Shown: positions 33,817 to 45,060, counted from the first letter of the stretch. The stretch is 64,000 nucleotides of DNA from an uncultured Verrucomicrobiae bacterium (GCA_963812605.1 CAWEWF010000004.1:256001-320000), one strand, 5' to 3'. The notes: generated from the sequence alone by a model not told the origin. A program made the numbers and translations.

Positions 33817-34374
33817 ATGTCTGATTGGCGATTAACCCCGCAGAACACCGCCCTCGTGGTCATCGACGTGCAGGAGAAGCTCATGAACGTCATGCCGCGG
33901 CGCACGGAGTTGCTCGCGGCGATCCAGAAACTCGTCGGCGCGGCGCGCGTATTGCAACTGCCAACGCTGGTCACGGCGCAATACATCAAGGGCCTCGGCC
34001 CGGTCTGCGGGGAGATTGTAGGGACATCGCAGGCAGGGACGCCTGCGCCACCAATTGAGAAGATGACGTTCTCGTGCTGTGGTTCCGAGGAATTCCTGCG
34101 CGCCATGAAGGATCTGCGACGGCAACGCATCATCCTCTGCGGCATCGAGGCACACGTATGCGTCCAGCAAACGGCCATCGACTTGATGAAGGATTATTTC
34201 GTCTACATCGCTGTCGACGCCATCGGCTCGCGACACGAAACCGATTGCACTATCGCTATCGAGCGCCTGCGCGATTGTGGCGCGGTCATCACCACCGTCG
34301 AGTCCGCCGTCTTCGAACTTCTCCGCGAATCCGGCACCGCCGAGTTCAAGCAGATCCTGCCGTTGTTCAAGTAA
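33817..34374 (+). CDS. Isochorismatase-family hydrolase
   Basis: VIDVQEKL, EKMTFSC and GIEAHVCVQQT motifs. Confidence 0.92.
   Translation: MSDWRLTPQNTALVVIDVQEKLMNVMPRRTELLAAIQKLVGAARVLQLPTLVTAQYIKGLGPVCGEIVGTSQAGTPAPPIEKMTFSCCGSEEFLRAMKDLRRQRIILCGIEAHVCVQQTAIDLMKDYFVYIAVDAIGSRHETDCTIAIERLRDCGAVITTVESAVFELLRESGTAEFKQILPLFK
34028..34053. repeat. REP-like palindrome (GTGG family) inside the isochorismatase gene
   Basis: CGCAGGCAGGGACGCCTGCGCCACCA, encoding QAGTPAPP. Confidence 0.85.
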
Positions 34375-34389
34375 TGCGCATGCGCCGGA

Positions 34390-36882
34390 TCACGGCAGCG
34401 TCAGATGTACGCGATAGAAGCGTTGCGTAAGATTGGCTGCGCCGATGTCCGAGAACTGCGTATTTCCCCCGTTCCCCAGGACGTTACCGGCGAGAACCAA
34501 CCAATTGCTGGACGTTAAATCATCGGTGTATTCGACAGCGTAAGTTTTCCCACTCATGCAACCGAAACTGATCACAACATCCGCGCCTGAGAAGTTCAGG
34601 CCAGGTATTTCGAGGACACTGCCCGCGTCGAGATAGGTGCCGTGGTTGATAAATCCGCCAGGAAAATGCGCGAAACCGTTGACGATATCGATCGTGCCAT
34701 TATTGACAACCGGTCCGAGGAATTCGATATCGGCGTTGTTGGTGGCAACGATTGTCGAACTGTTCGTGACGATCCCCTTGAGGGTAAGCGTCCCGCCAGG
34801 GCAGGTGACCGCCAGAGTTCCGGAGTTATTGATGCTTCCGATGATCGTGCCGCAACCGCTGACCGAAGTACCGGCAGAAATGCTGAGCAGGTCCGTCAGG
34901 ACAACCCCTTGTTGGAGAACGATCTGCCCGTGTTGGAGTTGGATCTGGCCAGCGCCTCCGTTGGTGATGGTGAGTGATCCGGCCACGGTAACAAAATTGC
35001 TGGGGCCGCTAGTTCCGCCAGCGATGAACAGTTGCCTGGCATCGACAGAACCCCCGACGCCGATGGCCAAATTGTTGTTGTCAGAACCCAAGCCGAAATA
35101 GAGTTGTCCAGTTCTTCCCCAGCGCGCGCCGTTTCCTGCGACGTTGATATTGCAACCGCTGCCGTTGACGTACACGAATTGGTTCCCGAGCAATTGTGCG
35201 CCATCGAGGATCGACAACTGGTCATAGTAGATGACGTAAAGTGTTCCGCTGTCGGTGCAGGTTGTGTTCGTACCCGTGAGTGTTACTTTCGACCCGTAAT
35301 CCAGTGTGAAACCGCCATTCAGCGCCGCGCCATTGCTGACGATCAGCGCGTTGTTCGTATTCCCATAGGAGCCAATGTCGAAACCTCCATCCACATGGGT
35401 ACCCGACCCGCTAAGGAGAATGAGGTTGTCGCTTCCGCTCAAAATTGAGGCACCACCGTTTATGTACGCTCCGTCGGTGACGGAAACCACGTTGCTCGAG
35501 CTATAAATATACATCTGCGCATTGGACCACGCCGAACCGGTTCCCAGAATCGAGATCGTGTTCCCACCCACGGGGTTCTCGTACCCAATTGTTGTCTGAC
35601 CGGAGGTGATCAAGATCGCGCCAGCACGGACAGTCACGCGATTATTACCGGATTTGCTACCGTACGCCCCGATGATAAACGGGCCGGAATCGGTAAGGCG
35701 CGAATTCTGACCGGCGATGGTGAGCACATTGCTACTGGTGTAACTGCTGATGTTGGTGCTCCCAATAACTTGTGAGCCGCCTTCGATGTCCAACTCATTG
35801 CCGTCCCCGTAGTAACCGACAGCCAACAAACCTGCGTTGCTCCACACGGAACCATCAGCGACGGTGAGAACATTCGGATCCTTGATATTTGGGTAATAGC
35901 TGTCGATGACAAGTCCTCCGCTGATCACACGGGCTCCATTGGTGACGGTAATGGTGTTTCCCGGACTGCTGACGTAGAAATACGAAGTGATCTGCCACAG
36001 AGTGTTTGTATCGGTGACCAGCACCGTATTATTACTCGCCGGCCAGTTGCCAATGATAACACCTGAGTCGTTGGCCACTGCACCAGCGCTGATCGCGATT
36101 TGGTTGTTGGTCCCTTGAGAATAACCAAATGCGAGAAGGCCGGTATTGCTCCACAGGGTATTGCTCCCGGTGATCGTGATAATATTTGCCCCGTTATCGA
36201 CTGAGGCACCATTGCAAATGAACTTCGCGCCTCCACTCAGCATGAACTGATTGCCGGGGCCATAGGCCCCCATCACAAACGAGCCGTTATCGACCAGCCG
36301 CGAGTTGGAACCGTCCACGATAATGGCGTTGTTCGATGAAGCGGGGTACGTGCTCAGCCAAACAGAATTATTGCTCAGCACCTGCCCACCATTAAGAACC
36401 TGAAGCTGGTTCCCTGCTCCGGCATTACCGACCTCGAGAGAGCCGCTATTACTCCAGACTGAGTTCGTTCCTGTGACAAGCACCTGGTTGCTACTGCCGT
36501 GCCACGTGTCGCCGATAACGGAAAGCATCGTGCTCGTCAAAAGTGCACCGTTCGAAACAATCAGCGTGTTTCCAGCGGAAGTTTCCCCGATATACATACC
36601 GTATGGGGAGGCAATCCATGCCGAATTCGTGCCCGTTACCAAGGCGGTATTATTGCTGGCCGCGATTGCATTCCCCAGAATTCCATCGCCGCATGTGACC
36701 ACCCCTCCACTATTGATTTCGAGATAGTTGAGGCTACCGGTATTGCCAATGATAAAATCGCTGCCGGCATTCGTGGATATGCCGCTGACTATATTCGTCG
36801 TAAAGCTCTCGGCACGAGACGATGCGCATCGACCGCAATGAAGACATAACACCACCACGACACGGCAGAACCATCTCTTCAC
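34390..36882 (-). CDS. Large secreted beta-helix/passenger-like repeat protein with an FYRV-type C-terminal domain
   Basis: GTG start after AAGGAGG; repeats such as VTGTNSxW and GNxLxVxNG; ends GKTYAVEYTDDL...FYRVHLTLP. Confidence 0.8.
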   Translation of the reverse strand: MKRWFCRVVVVLCLHCGRCASSRAESFTTNIVSGISTNAGSDFIIGNTGSLNYLEINSGGVVTCGDGILGNAIAASNNTALVTGTNSAWIASPYGMYIGETSAGNTLIVSNGALLTSTMLSVIGDTWHGSSNQVLVTGTNSVWSNSGSLEVGNAGAGNQLQVLNGGQVLSNNSVWLSTYPASSNNAIIVDGSNSRLVDNGSFVMGAYGPGNQFMLSGGAKFICNGASVDNGANIITITGSNTLWSNTGLLAFGYSQGTNNQIAISAGAVANDSGVIIGNWPASNNTVLVTDTNTLWQITSYFYVSSPGNTITVTNGARVISGGLVIDSYYPNIKDPNVLTVADGSVWSNAGLLAVGYYGDGNELDIEGGSQVIGSTNISSYTSSNVLTIAGQNSRLTDSGPFIIGAYGSKSGNNRVTVRAGAILITSGQTTIGYENPVGGNTISILGTGSAWSNAQMYIYSSSNVVSVTDGAYINGGASILSGSDNLILLSGSGTHVDGGFDIGSYGNTNNALIVSNGAALNGGFTLDYGSKVTLTGTNTTCTDSGTLYVIYYDQLSILDGAQLLGNQFVYVNGSGCNINVAGNGARWGRTGQLYFGLGSDNNNLAIGVGGSVDARQLFIAGGTSGPSNFVTVAGSLTITNGGAGQIQLQHGQIVLQQGVVLTDLLSISAGTSVSGCGTIIGSINNSGTLAVTCPGGTLTLKGIVTNSSTIVATNNADIEFLGPVVNNGTIDIVNGFAHFPGGFINHGTYLDAGSVLEIPGLNFSGADVVISFGCMSGKTYAVEYTDDLTSSNWLVLAGNVLGNGGNTQFSDIGAANLTQRFYRVHLTLP

Positions 36883-37011
36883 GCACGCCTCCTTGTTGGT
36901 GGCGCTTGTATCCCAAGCGCGACGGGAATACCAGCTCAATGTCCTCAGCGCAACCGGTGTGTTCTCACGTTTTGGCTTGATAAGGACGGCGCCATCCTCC
37001 AATTGTTCGTC

Positions 37012-37713
37012 ATGAAGACGCCTATTCTCATCCTCTCCCTGGCAGTGGCCTTTGGCTTGAATGGTTGTTGCGATTATCGGACGAGTTATTCGGCGAGGGT
37101 TTCCTCGACCTTCCCCGCGGATTACAAAGGCCAGCCATTCTCCGACACGGTCTATAAGGGTGGCCCCCAGGCCATTCCCGGACGGATCGAATGCGCTTAC
37201 TTCGACCTGGGCGGCGAGGGCGTGGCGTATCACGATGTCGATGCCATCAATCATGGCAGTGGCGAACTCAATCTGCTACCCGACCATCAGCGACCGCACG
37301 CGACGCCTTATATCTGGGGATTCCGGAAGGAGGAAGGCATGGATATTTCTTACACCAAGGATTTTGCGGACTTCAATCATCCGAATTTTTTCACCCCGGA
37401 AACCAACCAACTTTATATCGGTTGGACGGACGATGGCGAATGGTGCAACTACACGGTAAACGTGAGGAAAGCGGGGACGTATTCCATCACGGCCCTATAC
37501 AGCAACGAACCGAAAACAATCAACTTCTCCGTCGACAACAAACCGGCCAGCGAATGCAAACTCCCCATGGCCACCGGGAGCTGGCATATCTGGAACAAGG
37601 CGGAGATTGGAACGATCACTTTCGCTGAAGCCGGGCTGCATTTGTTGACCTTGCATTACAACGCCGGAAATAACTTCGCGTATTTCGATTTTGCACCGGT
37701 CAAGCATCAATGA
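37012..37713 (+). CDS. Carbohydrate-binding (CBM6-like) lipoprotein
   Basis: Lipobox-like LNGC; IPGRIECAYFDLGGEGVAYHD and GWTDDGEWCNYTVNV motifs. Confidence 0.75.
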   Translation: MKTPILILSLAVAFGLNGCCDYRTSYSARVSSTFPADYKGQPFSDTVYKGGPQAIPGRIECAYFDLGGEGVAYHDVDAINHGSGELNLLPDHQRPHATPYIWGFRKEEGMDISYTKDFADFNHPNFFTPETNQLYIGWTDDGEWCNYTVNVRKAGTYSITALYSNEPKTINFSVDNKPASECKLPMATGSWHIWNKAEIGTITFAEAGLHLLTLHYNAGNNFAYFDFAPVKHQ

Positions 37714-37943
37714 TGATGGCGAGGGCCGACGCAGCCGCAACCGCCGGGGCGGGCGCACGGCTGTTGGGCAGACGCTGAACCCGACGCGGGGCCGGCGCCC
37801 TGCGCGGCGAAAACCGAAAGTTTTTTCGTCAGCTTCTTCGAGCCACAATGGGGGCACTCGACGGCGCCTTCCCACCGGACCGAGCGCACAAGCGACTCAA
37901 AATCCTTCTCACACTTGCTGCAGGAAAATTCGTAAAGCGGCAT
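37707..37943 (-). CDS. FmdB-family zinc-ribbon protein
   Basis: MPLYEFSCSKC...CPHCGS. Confidence 0.9.
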   Translation of the reverse strand: MPLYEFSCSKCEKDFESLVRSVRWEGAVECPHCGSKKLTKKLSVFAAQGAGPASGSASAQQPCARPGGCGCVGPRHHH

Positions 37944-37964
37944 CGCCTTCTCCCTTCCAAAATA

Positions 37965-38405
37965 CTATTGCGCGGTGGAATCCAAAAGCTGCTTCATTTC
38001 CGGGCTGGGCTCTTTGCGCGGGGCCTGTATCTGCCGGATATGGCTTTGGGTGATTTCCTTGTGGAACGGAATCCCGAGGAGGGGCTGGACATAGTCCACC
38101 GTGATGGTGACGAGCTTGTTGACAAACGTCACGTCAAGACGATTGCCGACCAGGTGCTGCGCCTCCGTCCGTTGCTCCGTGTCCTCATATTTGATGTGGA
38201 TGTCTTCGGGCTTCAGGTCGATGCCCATCTTTGTCGCGTCGTTGACGAGGTCCTGTTTGACGGAATCCATCGAGTTTTCATCGACGAAATTGAGTTCATG
38301 GTCGACCCGCTCCGCAAAATCGCCATTCGTCTTGAACTGCTTCATCGCGGTGAGGCCCGCGTAGCCGATCAAGAAAACCACCACGAGTGCAATCATGACT
38401 TTCAT
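37965..38405 (-). CDS. Hypothetical membrane-anchored protein
   Basis: N-terminal TM helix, normal codon usage, overlaps the rnhC stop. Confidence 0.75.
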   Translation of the reverse strand: MKVMIALVVVFLIGYAGLTAMKQFKTNGDFAERVDHELNFVDENSMDSVKQDLVNDATKMGIDLKPEDIHIKYEDTEQRTEAQHLVGNRLDVTFVNKLVTITVDYVQPLLGIPFHKEITQSHIRQIQAPRKEPSPEMKQLLDSTAQ

Positions 38406-39328
38406 TTTGGCGCTCCTTCCAAAACTTTCTGCGTTGTGCGGAAATGCGTCTTGGCCACCTTGCGCAGCACGTCGCCTCCGTGTTTCGCCACGAGTTGAAA
38501 GCCGGCCTCCTGGACCGCCGTCGACGCGCCCTTGGGCAACTCCACGCCATATTCCTTGCCCAGTTTGCGCAAGCGCATGACGAACCCTTCGCGCGCAATA
38601 ATCGATGCCGCCGCGACGGCCAGGTCACTCTCGGCCTTGTGCCGTTGCACCAACTGGATCTTTCGCCCGCGTTCCATCAGGGCCTTTTCGATAATACGCT
38701 TGTTGCCGAACTGGTCGGATATCGCCTTCGGGCTGTCCACGCGCGCCAGCAGGTTCTCTATCACCCGGGCGTGGCCCCAGCCCAGAATATCGTTCACGTT
38801 ACGCATCCTCGCATGCAATTCATTATACTTCTCCGGGCCGATGGCGACAACATCCGTCACACACCCCGGCGTCGCGCGAATCTGTTTCGCGACCTCGGTG
38901 ATCCGCGCGTCGCTCTTGATCAATTTACTGTCTCGCACGCCGATTTCCATCATATTTCGCGCGGCCGCCTCGTTCAAGAACGCGCCCGCGATCACCAGCG
39001 GCCCGAAGAAATCGCCTTTCCCGCTTTCGTCCACGCCGATGCGCGGCTCCAACATCGTCGGGTCGAGAATGTGCTCGTACCCGAGTCGCGCTTCGCCCAG
39101 CAATTGCGGTTCGAGGTAGAACTGTATGAAATCCGTCGTCCCCTTCCCCTGGATGACCAGCTTGCCGCTGGTGTAAACGGCGATGTTGACCTTCTCGCTG
39201 TCGGACATCGCCCCGAAATGGGCGTACGGGACCTCGCGGAAATCGTAGCCGCGCGCCTGCAAGTCGCGTTTCAACTGCGGAATCTTGTCAGCATCCAGCA
39301 AACACGTGTAGGATGTGCGCTCGGCCAT
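38402..39328 (-). CDS. rnhC: Ribonuclease HIII
   Basis: N-terminal TBP-like domain (YTSGKLVIQG), IGVDESGKGDFFGPL, DSK, DQF and VAAASIIAR motifs. Confidence 0.95.
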   Translation of the reverse strand: MAERTSYTCLLDADKIPQLKRDLQARGYDFREVPYAHFGAMSDSEKVNIAVYTSGKLVIQGKGTTDFIQFYLEPQLLGEARLGYEHILDPTMLEPRIGVDESGKGDFFGPLVIAGAFLNEAAARNMMEIGVRDSKLIKSDARITEVAKQIRATPGCVTDVVAIGPEKYNELHARMRNVNDILGWGHARVIENLLARVDSPKAISDQFGNKRIIEKALMERGRKIQLVQRHKAESDLAVAAASIIAREGFVMRLRKLGKEYGVELPKGASTAVQEAGFQLVAKHGGDVLRKVAKTHFRTTQKVLEGAPK

Positions 39329-40379
39329 GGCGACACGATTCCACATACCAACCGCGCGGGTCAATCCCGAAAGCTTTCGGGGGGTGTTCCACCGCGACCT
39401 GCTCCGCTGGTATCGACGCCATCGTCGCCAGCTTCCGTGGCGGGCCGCGCGCGACCCGTACCGCATCTGGGTGAGCGAAATCATGTTGCAACAAACACGG
39501 GTTGAAACCGTGTTGCCCTATTACGCGCGCTGGTTGCGGGCGTTCCCAACGGTACGCGCGCTGGCGCGGGCGAAGGGCGACCGGGTTTTGAAATTGTGGG
39601 AAGGGCTCGGGTATTACTCACGCGCGCGCAATCTTCATCACGCCGCGCAGACTGTCGTTCGCGAATATGGCGGCAAGCTGCCGCGGACAGCGGAAGCGTT
39701 GCGCCAACTCCCCGGGATTGGCCGCTACACGGCAGGCGCGATCGCCAGCATCGCCTTTGGGGAACGCGTGCCGCTGGTGGATGGCAACGTAGCGCGGGTC
39801 TTCGCGCGGGTCTTCGCCATCACCGCCAACATAAAGGAGCCGCGGACGCTGGAAAGCCTCTGGCAACTCGCGGAAAAGTTGCTTCCCGAACGTAACCCCG
39901 GCGATTTCAACCAGGCGCTGATGGAATTGGGCGCACTGGTGTGCACACCCACGAACCCGCGGTGCGAGACATGCCCGATGCGTCGTGTTTGCATCGCGCG
40001 GGCACGCGGGTTGGTCAATCAACTGCCGAATCGCGGGCGACCGCAAACGACAGAACAGATAATCGTGAGTGCTGCCCTCTTGCGTCGAAATGGCAGTTTA
40101 CTCATGCAACGCCGCCCCGAGCACGGGCTATTGGCCGGAATGTGGGAATTGCCGACCCTGACTCGCGGACAATTTCGCAAGGGAAAACGCGTGCTGGAGC
40201 TCCGCCACACGATCACCAACCGCCGCATCACTCTGCGCGTGTTTGAGTGCCAATGCGGAAACGCGCTGCAAGACAAGCTCACCGCCGGGTTGCGTTGGGT
40301 GTCCGCCGCGGAAATGACGCGATTGAGTTTGCCGGCCGCTCATCGGCGAGCAATCGAGCGGATTCTGTCAGCGGAGTAA
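39327..40379 (+). CDS. mutY: A/G-specific adenine glycosylase; start codon uncertain
   Basis: WVSEIMLQQT, WEGLGYYSRARNL, LPGIGRYTA, VDGNV and the 4Fe-4S Cys cluster. Confidence 0.96.
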   Translation: MATRFHIPTARVNPESFRGVFHRDLLRWYRRHRRQLPWRAARDPYRIWVSEIMLQQTRVETVLPYYARWLRAFPTVRALARAKGDRVLKLWEGLGYYSRARNLHHAAQTVVREYGGKLPRTAEALRQLPGIGRYTAGAIASIAFGERVPLVDGNVARVFARVFAITANIKEPRTLESLWQLAEKLLPERNPGDFNQALMELGALVCTPTNPRCETCPMRRVCIARARGLVNQLPNRGRPQTTEQIIVSAALLRRNGSLLMQRRPEHGLLAGMWELPTLTRGQFRKGKRVLELRHTITNRRITLRVFECQCGNALQDKLTAGLRWVSAAEMTRLSLPAAHRRAIERILSAE

Positions 40380-40525
40380 GAAGACGGGACTGTCGGTTAC
40401 ATGCAGGAGCTTGACGAGGATATCATTTAAGAGCCGGTTCGAGAATTTCGCGTGGGTGTGCTGGCCCATGACAACGAGGTTAATCGAGGTCTTCTCGACG
40501 AAAGCAATTATTTTCCCCGCCGGGC
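40368..40525 (-). pseudogene. C-terminal fragment of a universal stress protein
   Basis: SPAGKIIAFVEKTSINLVVMGQH...LLHVTDSPVFLLR matches the Usp C-terminal pattern; the N-terminal part is missing. Confidence 0.6.
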
Positions 40526-41418
40526 TACACCAGCGGCAGTTGCTCCGCGCCATCGGGGACGGTGCAGGCGCGCAAGGTGGGAAAGCGTTCCCGCAGCGAT
40601 ACCGGGGCGCGCACCACCGTGCCCGGCATCAGCCGTGCCTTCAATTGCAGCGCGTTGGAAAATGCCTTGCCGTCTTTGTGGTTGTTGAAGACCACGAATG
40701 TTTTTTTCGTCCGTGCCGTGATCTTCGTGATGTGTGCGAGCAGTTCATCCAATTCCATCGCCGAATACAAATAATCGTATCGTCCGCCAGGCGTGGCCTG
40801 CTTCTCCAGGAACCAATTTTTGGTATTACGCCCATGCACCCGAAAGTAGCCGATCTCGGTGGTCGCGTACGCGGTCGGTGGGAGGCAATGCGCCAGTGTT
40901 GGCTGGTCGATATTGCAAAACGTAATTTGCCGTTCACGAAAAAACTCGAACGTCTCATCCGCGAGCCACGAATCATGGCGCACTTCGACCGCCAGCGGCC
41001 AGTCGGCAAAAGCATCGGCAATGCTGCCCAACCAATCACGGTTCTTTGCGTCATTGCGAAACGACCACGGGAACTGAAAGAGGAGGCTATCGAGTCGCCC
41101 CGCCTCGCGCAACGGCTGCAAGCCGGTGGTGAGTAATTCGTATTCGGCTTGTGTCCAATGTGAGGATCGCTCATGCGTAAAACGCTGCCATGCCTTCGCC
41201 AGAAACCGAAACCCCGGTTGTTGATCTACCGAACGCACCCAGGCTTCTGTCGTGCGTGCCGTCGGGGGATAATAAAACGAACTGTCAACTTCCACGCAGT
41301 CCAGATACCGCGCCACAGTGCGAAGTCGCTCCCCGGCTTTGCCCGGGGGATACACCACGTTCTCCCAGTCGGGATAACTCCACCCGGCGCTGCCAACAAG
41401 TATCGCGGCTTCCATCAT
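40525..41418 (-). CDS. DUF72 (YecE-like) protein
   Basis: VGSAGWSYPDW, VEVDSSFY, LFQFPWSF, EVRHDSW, YFRVHGRN and YDYLYS motifs. Confidence 0.93.
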   Translation of the reverse strand: MMEAAILVGSAGWSYPDWENVVYPPGKAGERLRTVARYLDCVEVDSSFYYPPTARTTEAWVRSVDQQPGFRFLAKAWQRFTHERSSHWTQAEYELLTTGLQPLREAGRLDSLLFQFPWSFRNDAKNRDWLGSIADAFADWPLAVEVRHDSWLADETFEFFRERQITFCNIDQPTLAHCLPPTAYATTEIGYFRVHGRNTKNWFLEKQATPGGRYDYLYSAMELDELLAHITKITARTKKTFVVFNNHKDGKAFSNALQLKARLMPGTVVRAPVSLRERFPTLRACTVPDGAEQLPLV

Positions 41419-41611
41419 GGTTCGCCCTATCTTAGCGCACAACGTCCCCCAATTTGGGTTCGTTTTTCCAGAACGAACCCACCCAATTTTCCGGCCCTTC
41501 TGTCGCAACATATGTATTCATAGGTGCTTACATCAAGCACACCGACACACGACGGTGGGTTCGTTTCGCAAAAAGCATGTTTTTCGCGTCTCCTTCCTCC
41601 GCATCCGGATT

Positions 41612-41648
41612 GTAGGGCGCGATGCCTGTCGTTCAGGTATCGCGCCGC
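41612..41648. repeat. GTAG-type REP-like hairpin
   Basis: GTAGGGCGCGATGCCTG...CAGGTATCGCGCC. Confidence 0.6.
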
Positions 41649-42068
41649 TCCGTCCATCGAATTCTGCCGGTGTAGCAGCGCTTCTGTGAAGCGCTTTTCC
41701 GCTCAAACTTATTTGGACTCATGTCCCGCACCATACCATTATCGGAATCCGATGTCCAAAGGAAAGTCGTTCTCCATCCGGAAAGCTTTTCTTCCGAAAG
41801 GCCGCAACATTGCAAAAACATTACAGGACTGTAATCACCTATCGCCCCGAAGCCCTTGAATTTACTGGACATTTTGGTGTAATCATGAGGTAATGTTTCC
41901 GTGACGTTCCTTTTGGATAAGCGTAGAGGCTGGCGTCACGTGGCGTTTCCTCTCGTATTTCGTTGAGAGTCGCACAACTAGTGACGTTCCACGCATCACG
42001 CGGGTCGCACCGTCAAACGGTCCAGCACAACGCCGTCGTATTCCTGCGCCCGTCCATTCTTTCTAATT

Positions 42069-42133
42069 GTAGGGCAAGCGCCCGCTTGCCGAATCCCCAA
42101 GCCCCGGTAGGGCGGGCTGGCCCAGCCCGCCGC
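42069..42133. repeat. Two tandem GTAG-type REP-like hairpins
   Basis: GTAGGGCAAGCGCCCGCTTGCC and GTAGGGCGGGCTGGCCCAGCCCGCC. Confidence 0.75.
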
Positions 42134-42150
42134 AGATAGGAGAACCAATC

Positions 42151-43815
42151 ATGAAAAACAAATCCCCCATCCGTCACTTAGTGGCGCAAGCGCTTGCCTC
42201 GAATCCCTTTCGAGCGTCCCTGCTTGCGGTCCTGCTCTTGCTGGTGGCACAGGCCTCCGTGCCTGTGACCGCCCATGCCCAAGTACCGGGCATCATCAAC
42301 TACCAGGGCCGCATCGTGGATGCCGGCACCAACTTCGACGGCACTGGGCAATTCAAATTCGCCCTCGTCAACACTAGCGGCACCACCAATTATTGGAGCA
42401 ACGACGGCACCACCTTCGGCCCGCCGTCCGCCGCCGTCTCGCTCACCGTCACCAAGGGCCTCTACTCCGTCCTGCTCGGCGACACGACCATCGCCAACAT
42501 GAGTGTAGCGCTCTCACCGGCGGTATTCGCGAATTCCAACGTCCGCCTCCGCGTCTGGTTTTGGGACGGCAACGGAAGTCAGGTGTTCCAGCAACTCAGT
42601 CCCGATCAGCGCCTCGCGGCGGTCGGGTACGCCCTCACCGTCGCCAATGTCCAGGCTGCGGGCGACAATACGTTCGTCGGGCAAAGCGCCGGCAATGCGA
42701 CGATGAGCGGCGACAACAACACGGCCACCGGCTCCAGGGCGCTCTTGTCTAACACGAGCGGCAACAACAACACGGCTACCGGCGACGGGGCGCTCGTCTC
42801 CAACAGCAATGGCAACGAAAACACGGCCAATGGCGAGGCTTCGCTCGGTCACAATCTGAGCGGAAGTGGGAATACGACCATGGGGTTGGGGTCCCTTTAT
42901 GAGAACACTACCGGCAACCAAAACACTGCCATTGGTGAATATACGCTCGGCAACGCCACCGGCAACGGTAATACGGCGGTGGGAACGGAGGCCCTTTTTA
43001 CACTCACCACCGGCGACTACAATATCGCGCTGGGGTCCGGCGCCGGGGACAACCTGACGACGGGCGACAACAACATCGACATCGGCAACCAGGGGGTGGC
43101 GGGTGAAGCGGGTATCATCCGCATCGGCACGCCGGGCACGCACACCGCCACCTATCTGGCGGGGACGGTGAACGCCACGGCCTTCGTCGGCGACGGATCA
43201 GGATTGACCAATCTGCCGTCAAGTCAACTGCCGGCGGGTCTGGTCACCAACAACCAGACCGGGGTGACCTTGAGCGGCAGCTTCACCGGCACCTTCAATG
43301 GCAATGCCACCACGGCGACGAGCGCCAGTTCGGCGACGACCGCCGGCAGCGCGACCACCGCCAACAACTTCTCCGGCTCGCTGGGCGGGGACGTGACGGG
43401 CCTGCAGAACGCAACCGTCGTCGGCGCCGTCGGCGGCGTCACCGCAGCCAATGTGGCCTCCGGGGCGACCGCCGCCAACAATGCCACCTCCGCGAACACG
43501 GCCGGCGCTATCGTCAAACGCGACGGCAGCGGCAACATCACCGTCGCCACCGTCACCGGCAGTCTCAATGGCAATGCCGCCACCGCTACATCCGCCAGTT
43601 CGGCAACCACCGCGGCGAGTTTCACCGGGAGCGTTGCCGACAACCAGCTTTCGGCGAATGTGCCGTTGATTAACGGGAAGAATACGTTCAGCGGTTCCAC
43701 CAATACTTTCAACGGCGTGAGCAGCACGGCCGGCGGCCTGATCATCGAAACCCGCACTGGTACGGACCCATCCAGCCCGGCGATCGGGCAGATGTGGCTC
43801 CGAACCGATCTGTAG
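42151..43815 (+). CDS. Secreted fibre/adhesin-like protein with 14-aa NTAxG repeats
   Basis: Signal peptide; VPGIINYQGRI N-terminal domain; NTATGxxALxxNxxG beta-roll repeats; GNATTATSA repeats. Confidence 0.8.
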   Translation: MKNKSPIRHLVAQALASNPFRASLLAVLLLLVAQASVPVTAHAQVPGIINYQGRIVDAGTNFDGTGQFKFALVNTSGTTNYWSNDGTTFGPPSAAVSLTVTKGLYSVLLGDTTIANMSVALSPAVFANSNVRLRVWFWDGNGSQVFQQLSPDQRLAAVGYALTVANVQAAGDNTFVGQSAGNATMSGDNNTATGSRALLSNTSGNNNTATGDGALVSNSNGNENTANGEASLGHNLSGSGNTTMGLGSLYENTTGNQNTAIGEYTLGNATGNGNTAVGTEALFTLTTGDYNIALGSGAGDNLTTGDNNIDIGNQGVAGEAGIIRIGTPGTHTATYLAGTVNATAFVGDGSGLTNLPSSQLPAGLVTNNQTGVTLSGSFTGTFNGNATTATSASSATTAGSATTANNFSGSLGGDVTGLQNATVVGAVGGVTAANVASGATAANNATSANTAGAIVKRDGSGNITVATVTGSLNGNAATATSASSATTAASFTGSVADNQLSANVPLINGKNTFSGSTNTFNGVSSTAGGLIIETRTGTDPSSPAIGQMWLRTDL

Positions 43816-43827
43816 CCAAGGCGACGA

Positions 43828-43880
43828 ATGAACACCATACGCTGCGCACTAACTGGTTTCGGTAGTTTCCTAACTTGGAG
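43828..43880 (+). CDS. Detached 5' end (first 17 codons) of the RCC1-repeat gene, cut off by IS110-1
   Basis: ATG at 43828 reads MNTIRCALTGFGSFLTW and joins in frame at the AG core to 45083 (RATLRRG...). Confidence 0.7.
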
Positions 43881-43891
43881 CAACTGTCTTT

Positions 43892-44832
<941 letters not shown>

Positions 44833-44839
44833 GGTTAGA

Positions 44840-45060
44840 CTCCTCCTTGCAATGCGAGCCTGGTGGTGGCGCGGATGGGCGCGACCGCCGCTCTGGCAAC
44901 TGTTCGAGCGTACCGACAGGCAACGCGGATGGATCCAGCTCCAAACGGACAGGTCTGAACCGAACCGAGGGCCACGACGATCACTTCCGCGCGCCCTTGG
45001 GGGGCATGCCCCCCAAGGGCCATCCTGTCGCTCCCACACCGGTGGGAAACCAAGCCAGAG
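44840..45060 (-). ncRNA. Predicted bridge RNA of IS110-1 (ends approximate)
   Basis: In 5'-3' order on minus: left target guide CGTGGCCCT (44976-44968), right target guide TTGGAG (44944-44939), left donor guide ACAGTTGC (44903-44896), right donor guide TGCAAG (44851-44846, one G-T wobble). Confidence 0.8.

Noticed and set aside
42151-43815. Fibre-like gene as evidence of a prophage
   Set aside because: It has a Sec-type signal peptide, and no capsid, terminase, integrase or other phage genes are nearby.
44883-44892. GACCGCCGCT inside the IS110-1 non-coding end equals the IS110-2 left target plus core
   Set aside because: The right side (CTGG) does not match the IS110-2 right guide (ACAG), and a 10-nt GC-rich match can arise by chance.
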